Origin: Candidatus Eiseniibacteriota bacterium
GTDB taxonomy: Bacteria > Eisenbacteria > RBG-16-71-46
NCBI GenBank assembly: GCA_031364845.1
Contig: JANLWX010000028.1
Span: 5,346 to 69,345 of the forward strand
Direction of reading: 5' to 3'
Length of the DNA stretch: 64,000 bases
Shown here piece by piece: positions 1-9,204 of the stretch. Made by a program: the position numbers and the translations under genes. Within the stretch, counting starts at the first letter, position 1; each line of letters begins with the position of its first letter. The notes under the pieces are model-generated. The model saw only the letters and a list, made by a program, of their open reading frames with translations. It ran no database searches and was not told the origin of the DNA.

Positions 1-93
1 CAACGGCAAGCCAGCCACTTTGAACGCCATTCGAAACCACATTCCCCATCACGGCCGATGAAGGACTCGCGCATCACATCAGGAGGAATGGAA

Positions 94-1995
94 ATGAAAC
101 CGATGAAGCTCACAGGGTGGTTCGCGTGCGCGTTGATCGCGCTCGCGCTGCCCTCATGGTCCCACGCTCAGGCGCCGCGTACCGACGCCATCTGGGCGCG
201 CACCACGACACAGACGATCACGCTCGATGGTGTGCTCGATGAATCTTCATGGGCCAACGCGGAAACCTGGATCGTGCGGTACGGCGTGAACAACGGTGAT
301 CCGGGCAGCGGTTGGAAGGAAGAGGCCGGCAAGATTCCCAAGGACAGCACGTTCGCGACGCTCAAATTCCTCGTGAACGGCAACAAGCTCTATCTGGGTG
401 CCGTGGTGCGCGACAGCTCGATCGGCGGCTCGGCGACCTTCAACCGCCACGACGGGCTGCTGATGGGGATCAAGGATCACCGCGATCCGTTCGCGACGAT
501 CTCGGGTCCGGTCGAGTACCTGTATTCGTGGTGGCACCCCGAAGATCCGAATCCGGAAGCGGTCGGGAAGATGCCGGGCTTCCGCGGCTACTGGAGTTCG
601 CAGAGCGACACGATTCCGCGCACGCCGGAGCAGATCGCGGCGTGGGATGCGGTGACGAAGGTACGTGGTGGCCAGACCAACTCCGATGCGACCAACGACT
701 CGAGCTATGTCGTGGAAATGATGTTCGACGTCGGCGTGATGGGCTACACGCCGACCGCCCCGAATGGCGACATCATCGAATGGAACATCTCGGTCTATGA
801 CAACGACTGGTTCTGGCCGCTGTCGGGCCCCCGCTTCGCCAACAATCGTTCATGGTGGCAGGGGCCGTGGGGCAATCGGATGGAGATGAACGAAGTGCGC
901 ATCCACACGCGGCCGAACGTCACGGTCAGTTCGGGTGCGGTGCCATTCATCGGACCTGAAGTGCGCATCCCGAACAAGAGCGCCCAGCCGACGCCGACGA
1001 TCGACGGTTTCCTCACCGAACCGGTCTGGTCGCAGGCGGTCACGAAGGCGTTCGATCTCCGCTACGGTGACTTCGCCGTGCGCAACACCTATCCCGGTGT
1101 CATGCGCTGGCGCGCCGGCTTCTTCCAGCCGCCGGTCAACGGCGGAACCGCCCCGGTGGTCGATCCGGGCGACGCGACGATCCGGTGGTTCTACAAGGGC
1201 GACTCGCTCTACATCGGCTTCGACGTTCGCGATCAGGTGGTGCAGAGTCCCCCGGCCTTCGATCGCTGGGACGGCTTCATCGTGACGATTCAGGACACCG
1301 CCAAGACCACCGACCGCAATCGCGAGTCGCGCCGGCTCGGGTTCCATGTCGGCCCTACCGGCCTCCCGGTCGCGACCGACTACCTGCCGTTCCTGCGCGA
1401 TACGGCGTTCGCGGCAAAACTCGGACTCAAACTCAAACCCGGGACGACGGTGGACACGCTGGGCGGAAGCCCCGATCAGGGCTACACGGCCGAGTTGATG
1501 GTCAATCTGCGCCGGCTCGGGTTCCCGGCCGGATTGGGGACCAAGCCACTCTACATCGGCATCAACATGCAGGACGGCGACTCGTTCACTCCCTTCACCG
1601 ACAGCTACGGCACGCGGACCTGGTGGGGGCGTGAGTACGAGCACGAATGCTGTCCCGCGAACGCGTATTTCGATCCGCTCTACGTGAACGACGTTGGAGA
1701 CGAGATCGGTGCCGAGGCGAAACTCATCGGCAACTTCCCGAATCCGTTCCGCACCACGACCATGCTGAGGTTCACGCTGGCGGCACCGGCGCGCGTCACG
1801 CTCGAGGTCTATGACCTCCAGGGTCGCCAGGTGGCGAAGCGTGCGCTCGGGCTCCATGCTCCCGGCGTGCGTCAGGCTTCGTTCACGCGATCGGGTCTCG
1901 GCACCGGCATCTACCTGTACCGTGTGAAGCTCACGGATCCGGTGAGTGGCGCTGCGCGGGGCACGATGGCGGGCAAGATGATGGTCTTACAGTAG
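94..1995 (+). CDS. Secreted protein with two CBM9/DOMON-like carbohydrate-binding repeats and a T9SS type-A C-terminal sorting domain
   Basis: ORF 58-1995; AGGAGG at ~80-85 places the likely start at ATG 94 (MKPMKLTGWFACALIALALPSWSHA signal peptide). Repeated 'DG.LDE..W' modules. C-terminus 'FPNPF..TT..F.L......V.L.VYDL.GR.V.....G...YLYRVKL' matches the Por_Secre_tail (TIGR04183) pattern. Confidence 0.75.
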   Translation: MKPMKLTGWFACALIALALPSWSHAQAPRTDAIWARTTTQTITLDGVLDESSWANAETWIVRYGVNNGDPGSGWKEEAGKIPKDSTFATLKFLVNGNKLYLGAVVRDSSIGGSATFNRHDGLLMGIKDHRDPFATISGPVEYLYSWWHPEDPNPEAVGKMPGFRGYWSSQSDTIPRTPEQIAAWDAVTKVRGGQTNSDATNDSSYVVEMMFDVGVMGYTPTAPNGDIIEWNISVYDNDWFWPLSGPRFANNRSWWQGPWGNRMEMNEVRIHTRPNVTVSSGAVPFIGPEVRIPNKSAQPTPTIDGFLTEPVWSQAVTKAFDLRYGDFAVRNTYPGVMRWRAGFFQPPVNGGTAPVVDPGDATIRWFYKGDSLYIGFDVRDQVVQSPPAFDRWDGFIVTIQDTAKTTDRNRESRRLGFHVGPTGLPVATDYLPFLRDTAFAAKLGLKLKPGTTVDTLGGSPDQGYTAELMVNLRRLGFPAGLGTKPLYIGINMQDGDSFTPFTDSYGTRTWWGREYEHECCPANAYFDPLYVNDVGDEIGAEAKLIGNFPNPFRTTTMLRFTLAAPARVTLEVYDLQGRQVAKRALGLHAPGVRQASFTRSGLGTGIYLYRVKLTDPVSGAARGTMAGKMMVLQ

Positions 1996-2072
1996 TCGAG
2001 TCGCGGCGGTGCGGGCCCGTGGGGTCCGCACCCGCCGCATCGACACATCCCACCAAGACCCATACGAGCGCG

Positions 2073-4808
2073 ATGGAACGCCGCACCCTCACGGCCGCGA
2101 CCTGTTTCTGGGGTTCGGTCCTGGCCCTGGCATTGGGTCTCGTCATTTCTGCCGCCCCCCGCGAAGCCGTCGCGGGCACGACCGGCAAGATCACAGGCGC
2201 GGTGGTCGACGGGAAGAAGGTTCCGCTCGTCGGCGTGAACATCGCCATTCCGACTGCGCGGCTCGGGGCGATGACGGACGCGGGCGGGCGCTACGCCATC
2301 TTCAATGTCCCGGCCGGGACGTATGATGTGAAGGTCGCGATGCTCGGCTACCGGGCCACGACCATCACCGGCGTCGTCGTGTCCGCCGACAACACCACCG
2401 TGCTCGACGCCACGCTGCTCGAGGCGCCCATCGCGATGGACGAGGTCGTGGTCAGTGCACGGCGCGCGGTCGTCGATCTCAAGCTCACGAGCAACCTTGC
2501 GACCGTGAGCCGCGAGGAGATCAGCGCGCTGCCGGTGCAGGAGCTGCAGGACATCGTGAACCTCCAGGCGGGAGTGGTGTCCCAGGGCGGGGATCTGCAC
2601 TTTCGCGGCGGACGCGGAGGCGAGGTCCAGTATCAGGTCGACGGCGTCTCCGTGAACAACGCATTCGACAACAAGACGAGTCTGCGGCTCGACCGTTCGC
2701 TGCTCGAAGAGGTCCAGGTGATCAGCGGCACGTTCGATGCCGAGTATGGTCAGGCCATGAGCGGCGTGGTGAACGCGGTGCTGCGGCGCGGGACCGACCA
2801 GTTTCGCTGGGACGCCGAAGCGCTCACCGGCGGATTCGTTTTCGCGGGCGGCGACCGGCGCCAGGCCGAGTTCGACTTCCATCCGGCCGGGCTCCAGAAC
2901 TACCAGGTCAGCGTGAGCGGCCCGCTGGTGGCCAACACGACGTTCCTAATGAATGCGCGGCGCTACCGGTTCGAGGACTACTTCGATGCCACCCGCCGCT
3001 TTCTGCCGTGGCACACGGCGAGCGACGAGCCCGCGGACAAGGTCCTCGCTCCGGACGGAGATGGCCGCCGCGGAAGCCTCGGCTATTCGCGCGAATGGTC
3101 GGGATTGGCCAAGATCACGAACCGCTCGATCAAGAACCTCGAGTTGAACTATCAGGCCGTGATCAACTTCGTGGACAGCCGTCGCGCCGACTTCGCCTAC
3201 CGGCTCAATCCGGATGGATTGCCACGCCAGCGCACCACGTCGATCGCACATGGGCTCGACTGGACCCACACACTGTCCCGGTCCCGGTACTACAACCTGA
3301 GTTTTCGCCACAACTACTTCGACTATAGGGACATGGTCTACGACGACGCGCTCGACCCGCGTTATGATGCCGCCGGCCCTCCGGATCGCGTGCCGGGCTA
3401 CGAGAACGACGCAATCGTCCAGGGAGTCGATCTCGCGCGATTCAAGCAGAACACCGACGCGGTCCTGGTGAAGACGTCGTACGTCGACCAGGTGAGCGAC
3501 GACCAGCAGGTCAAGCTGGGTGCCGAGTTCCAGTGGCCGCGCGTGCGCTTCGGGGCCGACGGCGTGCTCTCCGAAGTGAGCGGCAACGACAGCACGGGAA
3601 CGTTTCTGCAGCGGAAGTTCTACGAGCCGCCGGACTTCCCCGGAATCCAGCTCTACGTTCCCTACATCGCGTCGGGGTACGTGCAGGACGATCTGGAGTG
3701 GAACGATCTGCGCTTGCGCGCCGGCGTGCGCTTCGACTACTTCAACGCGCGCGCCGGAGTGCCGAGTGATCTTGCGAACCCGGCGAACTCGATCTCGGGC
3801 GCACCGCAATCGGACTGGATCGCGACCACGCGCAAGCACTCGATCTCGCCTCGCGTCGGAGTGTCGTACCCCGTGACGAAGGACGCTGCGCTGTTCTTCG
3901 CGTATGGCCACTTTTCTCAGATGCCCGCGATCGGGGAGATCTTCCGCAACTCGGACTACCGCGTGCTCAACGACCTGCAGGCCGGTGATCCTGACTATCG
4001 CGTGATGGGCAATCCCGACATCAAGCCCGAACGCACCGTGCACTATCAGTTCGGCTACAAGCAGGCCGTCACCGACTGGCTCGGCGTCGACGTGAGCACG
4101 TTCTACAAGGACATCCGCGATCTGCTCGGCGTGGAATTCATCTCGACCTACAACGGCGCCGAGTACGCGCGGCTCACGAATGTGGACTTCGGCACGGTTG
4201 CGGGTTTCACCGTCGCCATCGACCAGCGCCGCCGCGGAATTCTGAGCAGCTCGCTCGACTACACATGGCAGCTCGCCCAGGGCAACGCGAGCAACCCGCG
4301 CGAGACGGCGACGCGCGCGGAAGCGGGCGAGGACCCGCGTCCGCGGCAGATCCCGTTCAACTGGGACCAGCGCCATACCGTGAACGCGACGGTCACCGCA
4401 TCGCGCGACAACGACTGGGTCATGAACGCGGTGGTGCGTGCCGCGAGCGGCCAGCCGTACACGCCGACCAGCGAAGTCGGATTCGGATTCGGTCTCGAGG
4501 CGAATTCCGGACGCCGCTCCGCTGCGGTCGCCGTCGACCTTGCGGCCGAGAAGATCTTCCGTTTGCGGGGCGCGGCGGCTGCGGGCTCCTCCGGTTCGGC
4601 AGCTTCGCAAGGACCGAAGATCCGCGCATTCACGCGCGTGTACAACCTGTTCGACGTCCGTTTCTTCAATGGCTACGTGTTCGACACTACCGGCAGCCCG
4701 TACTATGCGCGCGATCCGGCACGCGACGCGGCTCAGCTCGCGAATCCGCTGCGCTTCTACGCGCCACGCCGCATCGAGGTCGGGGTCAGCATGCAGGTGG
4801 GAGGATGA
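2073..4808 (+). CDS. TonB-dependent receptor-like outer-membrane protein (N-terminal carboxypeptidase-regulatory-like domain, plug, beta-barrel)
   Basis: ORF 2019-4808; internal Met MERRTLTAATCFWGSVLALALGLVISA gives a signal peptide. 'GKITGAVVDGKKVPLVGVNIAI..GRYAIFNVPAGTYDVKVAMLGYR' is CarbopepD_reg-like, followed by a plug-like region ('ISALPVQELQDIVNLQAGV') and a long barrel. There is no canonical C-terminal aromatic residue, hence the moderate confidence. Confidence 0.7.
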   Translation: MERRTLTAATCFWGSVLALALGLVISAAPREAVAGTTGKITGAVVDGKKVPLVGVNIAIPTARLGAMTDAGGRYAIFNVPAGTYDVKVAMLGYRATTITGVVVSADNTTVLDATLLEAPIAMDEVVVSARRAVVDLKLTSNLATVSREEISALPVQELQDIVNLQAGVVSQGGDLHFRGGRGGEVQYQVDGVSVNNAFDNKTSLRLDRSLLEEVQVISGTFDAEYGQAMSGVVNAVLRRGTDQFRWDAEALTGGFVFAGGDRRQAEFDFHPAGLQNYQVSVSGPLVANTTFLMNARRYRFEDYFDATRRFLPWHTASDEPADKVLAPDGDGRRGSLGYSREWSGLAKITNRSIKNLELNYQAVINFVDSRRADFAYRLNPDGLPRQRTTSIAHGLDWTHTLSRSRYYNLSFRHNYFDYRDMVYDDALDPRYDAAGPPDRVPGYENDAIVQGVDLARFKQNTDAVLVKTSYVDQVSDDQQVKLGAEFQWPRVRFGADGVLSEVSGNDSTGTFLQRKFYEPPDFPGIQLYVPYIASGYVQDDLEWNDLRLRAGVRFDYFNARAGVPSDLANPANSISGAPQSDWIATTRKHSISPRVGVSYPVTKDAALFFAYGHFSQMPAIGEIFRNSDYRVLNDLQAGDPDYRVMGNPDIKPERTVHYQFGYKQAVTDWLGVDVSTFYKDIRDLLGVEFISTYNGAEYARLTNVDFGTVAGFTVAIDQRRRGILSSSLDYTWQLAQGNASNPRETATRAEAGEDPRPRQIPFNWDQRHTVNATVTASRDNDWVMNAVVRAASGQPYTPTSEVGFGFGLEANSGRRSAAVAVDLAAEKIFRLRGAAAAGSSGSAASQGPKIRAFTRVYNLFDVRFFNGYVFDTTGSPYYARDPARDAAQLANPLRFYAPRRIEVGVSMQVGG

Positions 4809-4810
4809 CG

Positions 4811-7800
4811 ATGCCGTGGAGCACACGCTGCGCCGTGCGCGCGGGGGCGTTCGTGATCGCAGCCTGCTGGGCGGCCCTTTCGCCGGCCACGACAGCGTTC
4901 GCGGCCTCGCCGCCGCCGGCCGAGCGCGGGCGCATCGACGCCGAGCGCTCCGGGATTCACGATGCCAACAACCTGCGCACGCTGTTCTGGAACTTCGGCA
5001 TGGTTGGCGACTATCCGCGCGACCCGGGGAATGTCGATCTGTCGGTGTTCCACTCGGGCGAAGCCCCGAAGGGCAGCGGCATGAACTACTCGGACGGCAT
5101 CACCCCGTTCGTGCTCGCCAAGGTGCGCCAGCCGGGCGGGGCGGACGCGTACATCATGGAGACCGGCTATCGCGAGCGGCAGATCGAAAGCCCCTACACC
5201 AACAACATCATGCGCTTCGAGCCACGGCCGGGATACTTCCAGGCCAGTCCCGACACCAACAAGGGCCGGTCCCCCGCGATCAGCAACGATCCACGGACGT
5301 GGCCGCACTCGTGGCCGGATCGTGTCACCGATCCCGACGATCCGGGGTGGCGCGGCTCCTGGAACGGATACTTCGGCAAGCGTCCGGCGGCGGATCAGGA
5401 GTCGTTCACGGTGATGGACGACAATTTCTACGACGTATGGGAGTCCGCGCCCGACAGCACCGACCCGACGCGTCACGGGCTCGGCCTCAAGGTCGAGGTG
5501 CGCGGATTCCAATGGTCGAACCCGCAGGCCGGCAACGTGATCTTCTGGCACTACGACATCACGAACGAAGGCACGACGACCTACGACGACAACGTGATCT
5601 TCGGTCTCTACATGGACTCGGGCGTCGGCGGTCCCGCGCTGTCGTGCGACGGCGTGTTCGAGTCGGACGACGACAACGCGTTCTTCGACAAGTCGCTCGG
5701 CCTGGACCTCGTCTACACGTGGGACACCTACGGTCATGGCGTCGACCTGGCGAGCCGCTGCAGCGAGACGGGGTACATGGGCTATGCCTACCTCGAGACC
5801 CCGGGCAATCAATTCGACGGGCTGGACAATGATCTCGACGGGGTCGTCGACGAGAAGCGCGACGGCGGCCCCGGTCTGCGCATCGAGGGCCGCGACGCGA
5901 TCCGCGCTTATGTCGAGGCGAATTACGATACGGCGCGCTTCGAGGCGTTCTATGGCTCGCTCGAGACCCGGCCTGCGTATCGCGCGGGCGTGTGGTTCAC
6001 CGGGGACGAGGACATGGACTGGTTCGCGGATCTGTTCGACGTGGGAGCCGACGGCGTGCGCGAGACCGGTGATGCCGGCGAGGGCGACGGCATCCCGACC
6101 GATGGAGAAACGAACTTCGATCGCACCGACCTCAACGAATCCGACCAGATCGGCCTCACCGGGTTCAAGATGAACCGCATCAAGGCGGGTCCCGAAAATC
6201 CCGATCCGCGTGTGGATGGCATCCTGTTCTTCACCAACAGTCAGGATTGGCCGCGGCGGCTCTACGAACACTTCACGAACCCGAATCCGCCCGCGCGCTT
6301 CGACTCCGCGGTCGCCGCGAACTACAACATCGGATTCCTGTTCGCCTCGGGCCCGTTCCGGCTCGAAGCCGGCCGGCGCGAGCGATTCAGCCTGGCACTC
6401 GCCTACGGCAGCGATCTCTCCGAGCTGCGCGAGACGGTGCACACGGTTCAGCAGATCTACAACGCGAACTATCAGTTCGCCGTCCCCCCGACACAGCCGA
6501 CACTCACCGCCGAGGCGGGCGACGGCTACGTGCGGTTGTCGTGGGACGACATCGCCGAGCGCTCGATCGATCCCGTTTCGTTCCTTCAGGACTTCGAAGG
6601 CTACCGGATCTATCGATCGACCGACCCCGAATTCCGCGATCCGCGCGTGCTCACCAGCGGGCGCGGCAATCCGCTGCCGTCGAACGGCAAGCCGATCGTC
6701 CAGTTCGACCTGCGGGACGGCACGCGCGGTTATTCGCGCAAGACGGTGGACGGCGTGTCCTACTTCCTCGGCAACGAGACCGGCATCACCCACACGTGGA
6801 CCGACACCACCGTGACAAACGGGCAGGCGTACTACTACGCGGTCACGGCCTACGACTACGGCTCCGCGGCCGAGGTGCCCGACTCGGTGGCCTACTATCC
6901 CTCGGAGAACGCGATCTCGGTGTCGATCACCCCGCGTGGCGGCCTGATCCTGCCGAAGAACGTCGTGGCGGTCCGTCCGAATCCTCGCGTCAGCGGTTTC
7001 GTCCGGGCCGCCGCCGACAGCGCGACCCAGGTCGCGGGCCGCGGGACGGGAGACGTGCGGGTCGAGGTCGTGAATTCGAATCTCGTGCCTCAGGATCATC
7101 TGTTCAAGATCACGTTCGCCGTGCCCGATTCCGACAGCATTCGCGCGACGTCTTATGCCCTGACCGACAGCAGCACGCACGAGACGTTCTTTCGCAATGG
7201 CCTGGATCTCGACGGGCGCGGCATCGGCCCGGCGGCGACCGGGTTGCTGCCGATCGTGATCAATCCCCTGATGACGACCGTGGATGTCGCCCGTACCGGC
7301 TTCGCAACGGGCAGTCCGACCAATACGCGACTCAAGGCCGCCTATCAGCCGGCGCAATCGCCGAATCTGCGCCGGCCCGGCTATCCCGACGACATTTCGA
7401 TCACGTTCGACAATGTCGTGCGCGACACGGGAATCGCAGTGTTCCCGGTGCCGGCGCGCAACGCGAAGTTCGTGGTCGTCGCGCATGCGCCCGAAGGCGA
7501 CCTGCGGCTCGATTTCCGTTTTCGCGACTCGGACCTCGATGGCACGCTGAGCCGTCCCGACGAGTTCATCGACATCCTCACGTTCGTCAACACCACGGCC
7601 CGCGATTCGCAGATCACCTGGCGCGTGCAACTCGACACGCTCGGTCAGGGCGCGCGCGGACCGATCGTGCCGCCGCGACTCGGCGACCGTTTCGACCTCG
7701 CGCTCTCGCGTCCGCTCAGCGGCGACGATGCGTTCGTGTTCTCGACCACCGCCCAGCGCATCGACCCCGATCGCGCGCAGGCCGACTGGAATCAGAAGCC

Positions 7801-8101
7801 GTACGTGATTCCCAATCCCTACGTGGGTGCCGCGGCGTTCGAGCCGCAGCGCTTCGCGATCTCCGGGCGCGGTGAACGCCGCATGGAGTTCCGCGCGATT
7901 CCGCAGGGTGGCGTGATCCGCATCTACACCGTGCGCGGCGATCTCGTGCAGACGTTGCGGCAGAACGGTTCGCTCGAGGGCTTCGTCGCGTGGAACCTGC
8001 GCACGAAAGACAATATCGACGTGGCTCCGGGTCTCTACGTCTTCCACGTCGACGCGCCGGGATTCGGCGAACACGTCGGCAAGTTCGCGATCATCCGATG
8101 A
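4811..8101 (+). CDS. Large secreted protein with Asp-rich Ca-binding (TSP3-like) repeats and a T9SS type-B-like C-terminal domain
   Basis: Long ORF 4265-8101. GGAGG at 4799-4803 then ATG 4811 (MPWSTRCAVRAGAFVIAACWAALS signal); ATG 4805 also possible. It overlaps the upstream stop. Contains 'DNDLDGVVDE', 'FTGDEDMDWFADLFDVGADGVRETGDAGEGDGIPTDGETNFDRTD'. C-terminus '..IYTVRGDLV..L....AWN......V..GLYVFHV....GKFAIIR' resembles the type-B CTD (TIGR04131). Confidence 0.75.
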   Translation: MPWSTRCAVRAGAFVIAACWAALSPATTAFAASPPPAERGRIDAERSGIHDANNLRTLFWNFGMVGDYPRDPGNVDLSVFHSGEAPKGSGMNYSDGITPFVLAKVRQPGGADAYIMETGYRERQIESPYTNNIMRFEPRPGYFQASPDTNKGRSPAISNDPRTWPHSWPDRVTDPDDPGWRGSWNGYFGKRPAADQESFTVMDDNFYDVWESAPDSTDPTRHGLGLKVEVRGFQWSNPQAGNVIFWHYDITNEGTTTYDDNVIFGLYMDSGVGGPALSCDGVFESDDDNAFFDKSLGLDLVYTWDTYGHGVDLASRCSETGYMGYAYLETPGNQFDGLDNDLDGVVDEKRDGGPGLRIEGRDAIRAYVEANYDTARFEAFYGSLETRPAYRAGVWFTGDEDMDWFADLFDVGADGVRETGDAGEGDGIPTDGETNFDRTDLNESDQIGLTGFKMNRIKAGPENPDPRVDGILFFTNSQDWPRRLYEHFTNPNPPARFDSAVAANYNIGFLFASGPFRLEAGRRERFSLALAYGSDLSELRETVHTVQQIYNANYQFAVPPTQPTLTAEAGDGYVRLSWDDIAERSIDPVSFLQDFEGYRIYRSTDPEFRDPRVLTSGRGNPLPSNGKPIVQFDLRDGTRGYSRKTVDGVSYFLGNETGITHTWTDTTVTNGQAYYYAVTAYDYGSAAEVPDSVAYYPSENAISVSITPRGGLILPKNVVAVRPNPRVSGFVRAAADSATQVAGRGTGDVRVEVVNSNLVPQDHLFKITFAVPDSDSIRATSYALTDSSTHETFFRNGLDLDGRGIGPAATGLLPIVINPLMTTVDVARTGFATGSPTNTRLKAAYQPAQSPNLRRPGYPDDISITFDNVVRDTGIAVFPVPARNAKFVVVAHAPEGDLRLDFRFRDSDLDGTLSRPDEFIDILTFVNTTARDSQITWRVQLDTLGQGARGPIVPPRLGDRFDLALSRPLSGDDAFVFSTTAQRIDPDRAQADWNQKPYVIPNPYVGAAAFEPQRFAISGRGERRMEFRAIPQGGVIRIYTVRGDLVQTLRQNGSLEGFVAWNLRTKDNIDVAPGLYVFHVDAPGFGEHVGKFAIIR

Positions 8102-9129
8102 GCACTCTTCGCAGAGTTCACGCGCGGATCGTCGTTGCACTGTGCGTGAGCGCCGCGCTCGCGACCGCCGTGCCCGCTGCGGCGCAGAGCAAGACCGGGA
8201 CGACCATCGGGGCGTTCCTGCTGATCGAGCCGAGTGCCCGCAGCGCCGGCATGGGCAACACCGGTGTGACGCTCGAAGGACTCGATGCCGCGTACTTCAA
8301 TCCCGCGGCGATCGGACATGCCGAGGGGCGCGCGCTTGCGTTCGGGCACAGCGAATGGTTCGCGGGGATCAAGCACGAGCACGTCGCGGGCGCGCTGCCG
8401 ATCGGCCGGTTCGGCAACGTCTACGCCGCGGTCACGTCGCTCAACTCAGGGGACATCGACGTGCGGACCGTCACGCAGCCGCAGGGAACCGGCGAGCGTT
8501 ACCATGTCTCCGACATCGCGATCGGCCTCGGCTACGGACGCCAGATCACCGACCGTTTCTCGGCCGGGCTCCAGGTGACCTACGTTCAGGAGACGATCTG
8601 GAACACCACGCTCTCGACCGGAACCATGAGCTTCGGCACGCTCTACCAGATCTCGGACAACGGCCTGCGGCTCGGGGCGAGCCTGTTGAACTTCGGTACC
8701 ATGGGCAAATTCTCGGGGCGCGACCTGCGGGTGACCTACGATGGCGACCCGGACCGATTCGGTGACAATGGCCAGCTTCCCGCCGAAATCTTCACCGACG
8801 CCTTCTCCGTGCCGGTGCTGTTCCGGGTCGGAGTCGGGCTTCCGGTGCGGCTCAATCCCGTGACACAGTTGAACCTCGCGCTCGATGCGCTCCATCCCAA
8901 CGACAACACCGAGAGCGTGAGCGCGGGCGCCGAGCTGGCGTATCGCAAGCGGTTCGCGCTGCGGGCGGGATACCAGAAGGCGGGAGAACAGGACTCGGAA
9001 GTCGGATTCACCGCGGGCGGCGGCGTGGGCGGGGCGTACGATGTGTACGTCTACACGCTCGACTACGCATGGGCCGCGCACGGCAGGCTCGGCAGCACCC
9101 ACCGGATCGCGGTGGGATTGACGTTCTGA
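8098..9129 (+). CDS. PorV/PorQ-family outer-membrane beta-barrel protein (T9SS-associated), translationally coupled to the upstream type-B CTD protein
   Basis: ATG 8098 overlaps the upstream stop (ATGA). Signal peptide MSTLRRVHARIVVALCVSAALATAVPAAAQ. Post-signal motif 'GAFLLIEPSARSAGMGNTGVTLEGLDAAYFNPAAIG' fits the ARxxGMGGA...NPA signature of PorV/PorQ-like proteins. The family assignment is from memory of the motif. Confidence 0.65.
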   Translation: MSTLRRVHARIVVALCVSAALATAVPAAAQSKTGTTIGAFLLIEPSARSAGMGNTGVTLEGLDAAYFNPAAIGHAEGRALAFGHSEWFAGIKHEHVAGALPIGRFGNVYAAVTSLNSGDIDVRTVTQPQGTGERYHVSDIAIGLGYGRQITDRFSAGLQVTYVQETIWNTTLSTGTMSFGTLYQISDNGLRLGASLLNFGTMGKFSGRDLRVTYDGDPDRFGDNGQLPAEIFTDAFSVPVLFRVGVGLPVRLNPVTQLNLALDALHPNDNTESVSAGAELAYRKRFALRAGYQKAGEQDSEVGFTAGGGVGGAYDVYVYTLDYAWAAHGRLGSTHRIAVGLTF

Positions 9130-9204
9130 AATGATCTCATCGCGCTTCGCTTACCGGCCGGACGGCCGGGAGACCGCCGGGGCCACATCACTGAAGAGGC
9201 ACCT

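Noticed and set aside
850-1857. 335-aa minus-strand ORF
   Set aside because: Antisense to the CTD-protein gene 94-1995. R-rich, no motifs.
4757-8140. 1127-aa ORF on the minus strand
   Set aside because: It is entirely antisense to the well-supported plus-strand gene 4811-8101. The translation is Arg/Ala/Gly-rich with no domains, which is the typical high-GC antisense artefact.
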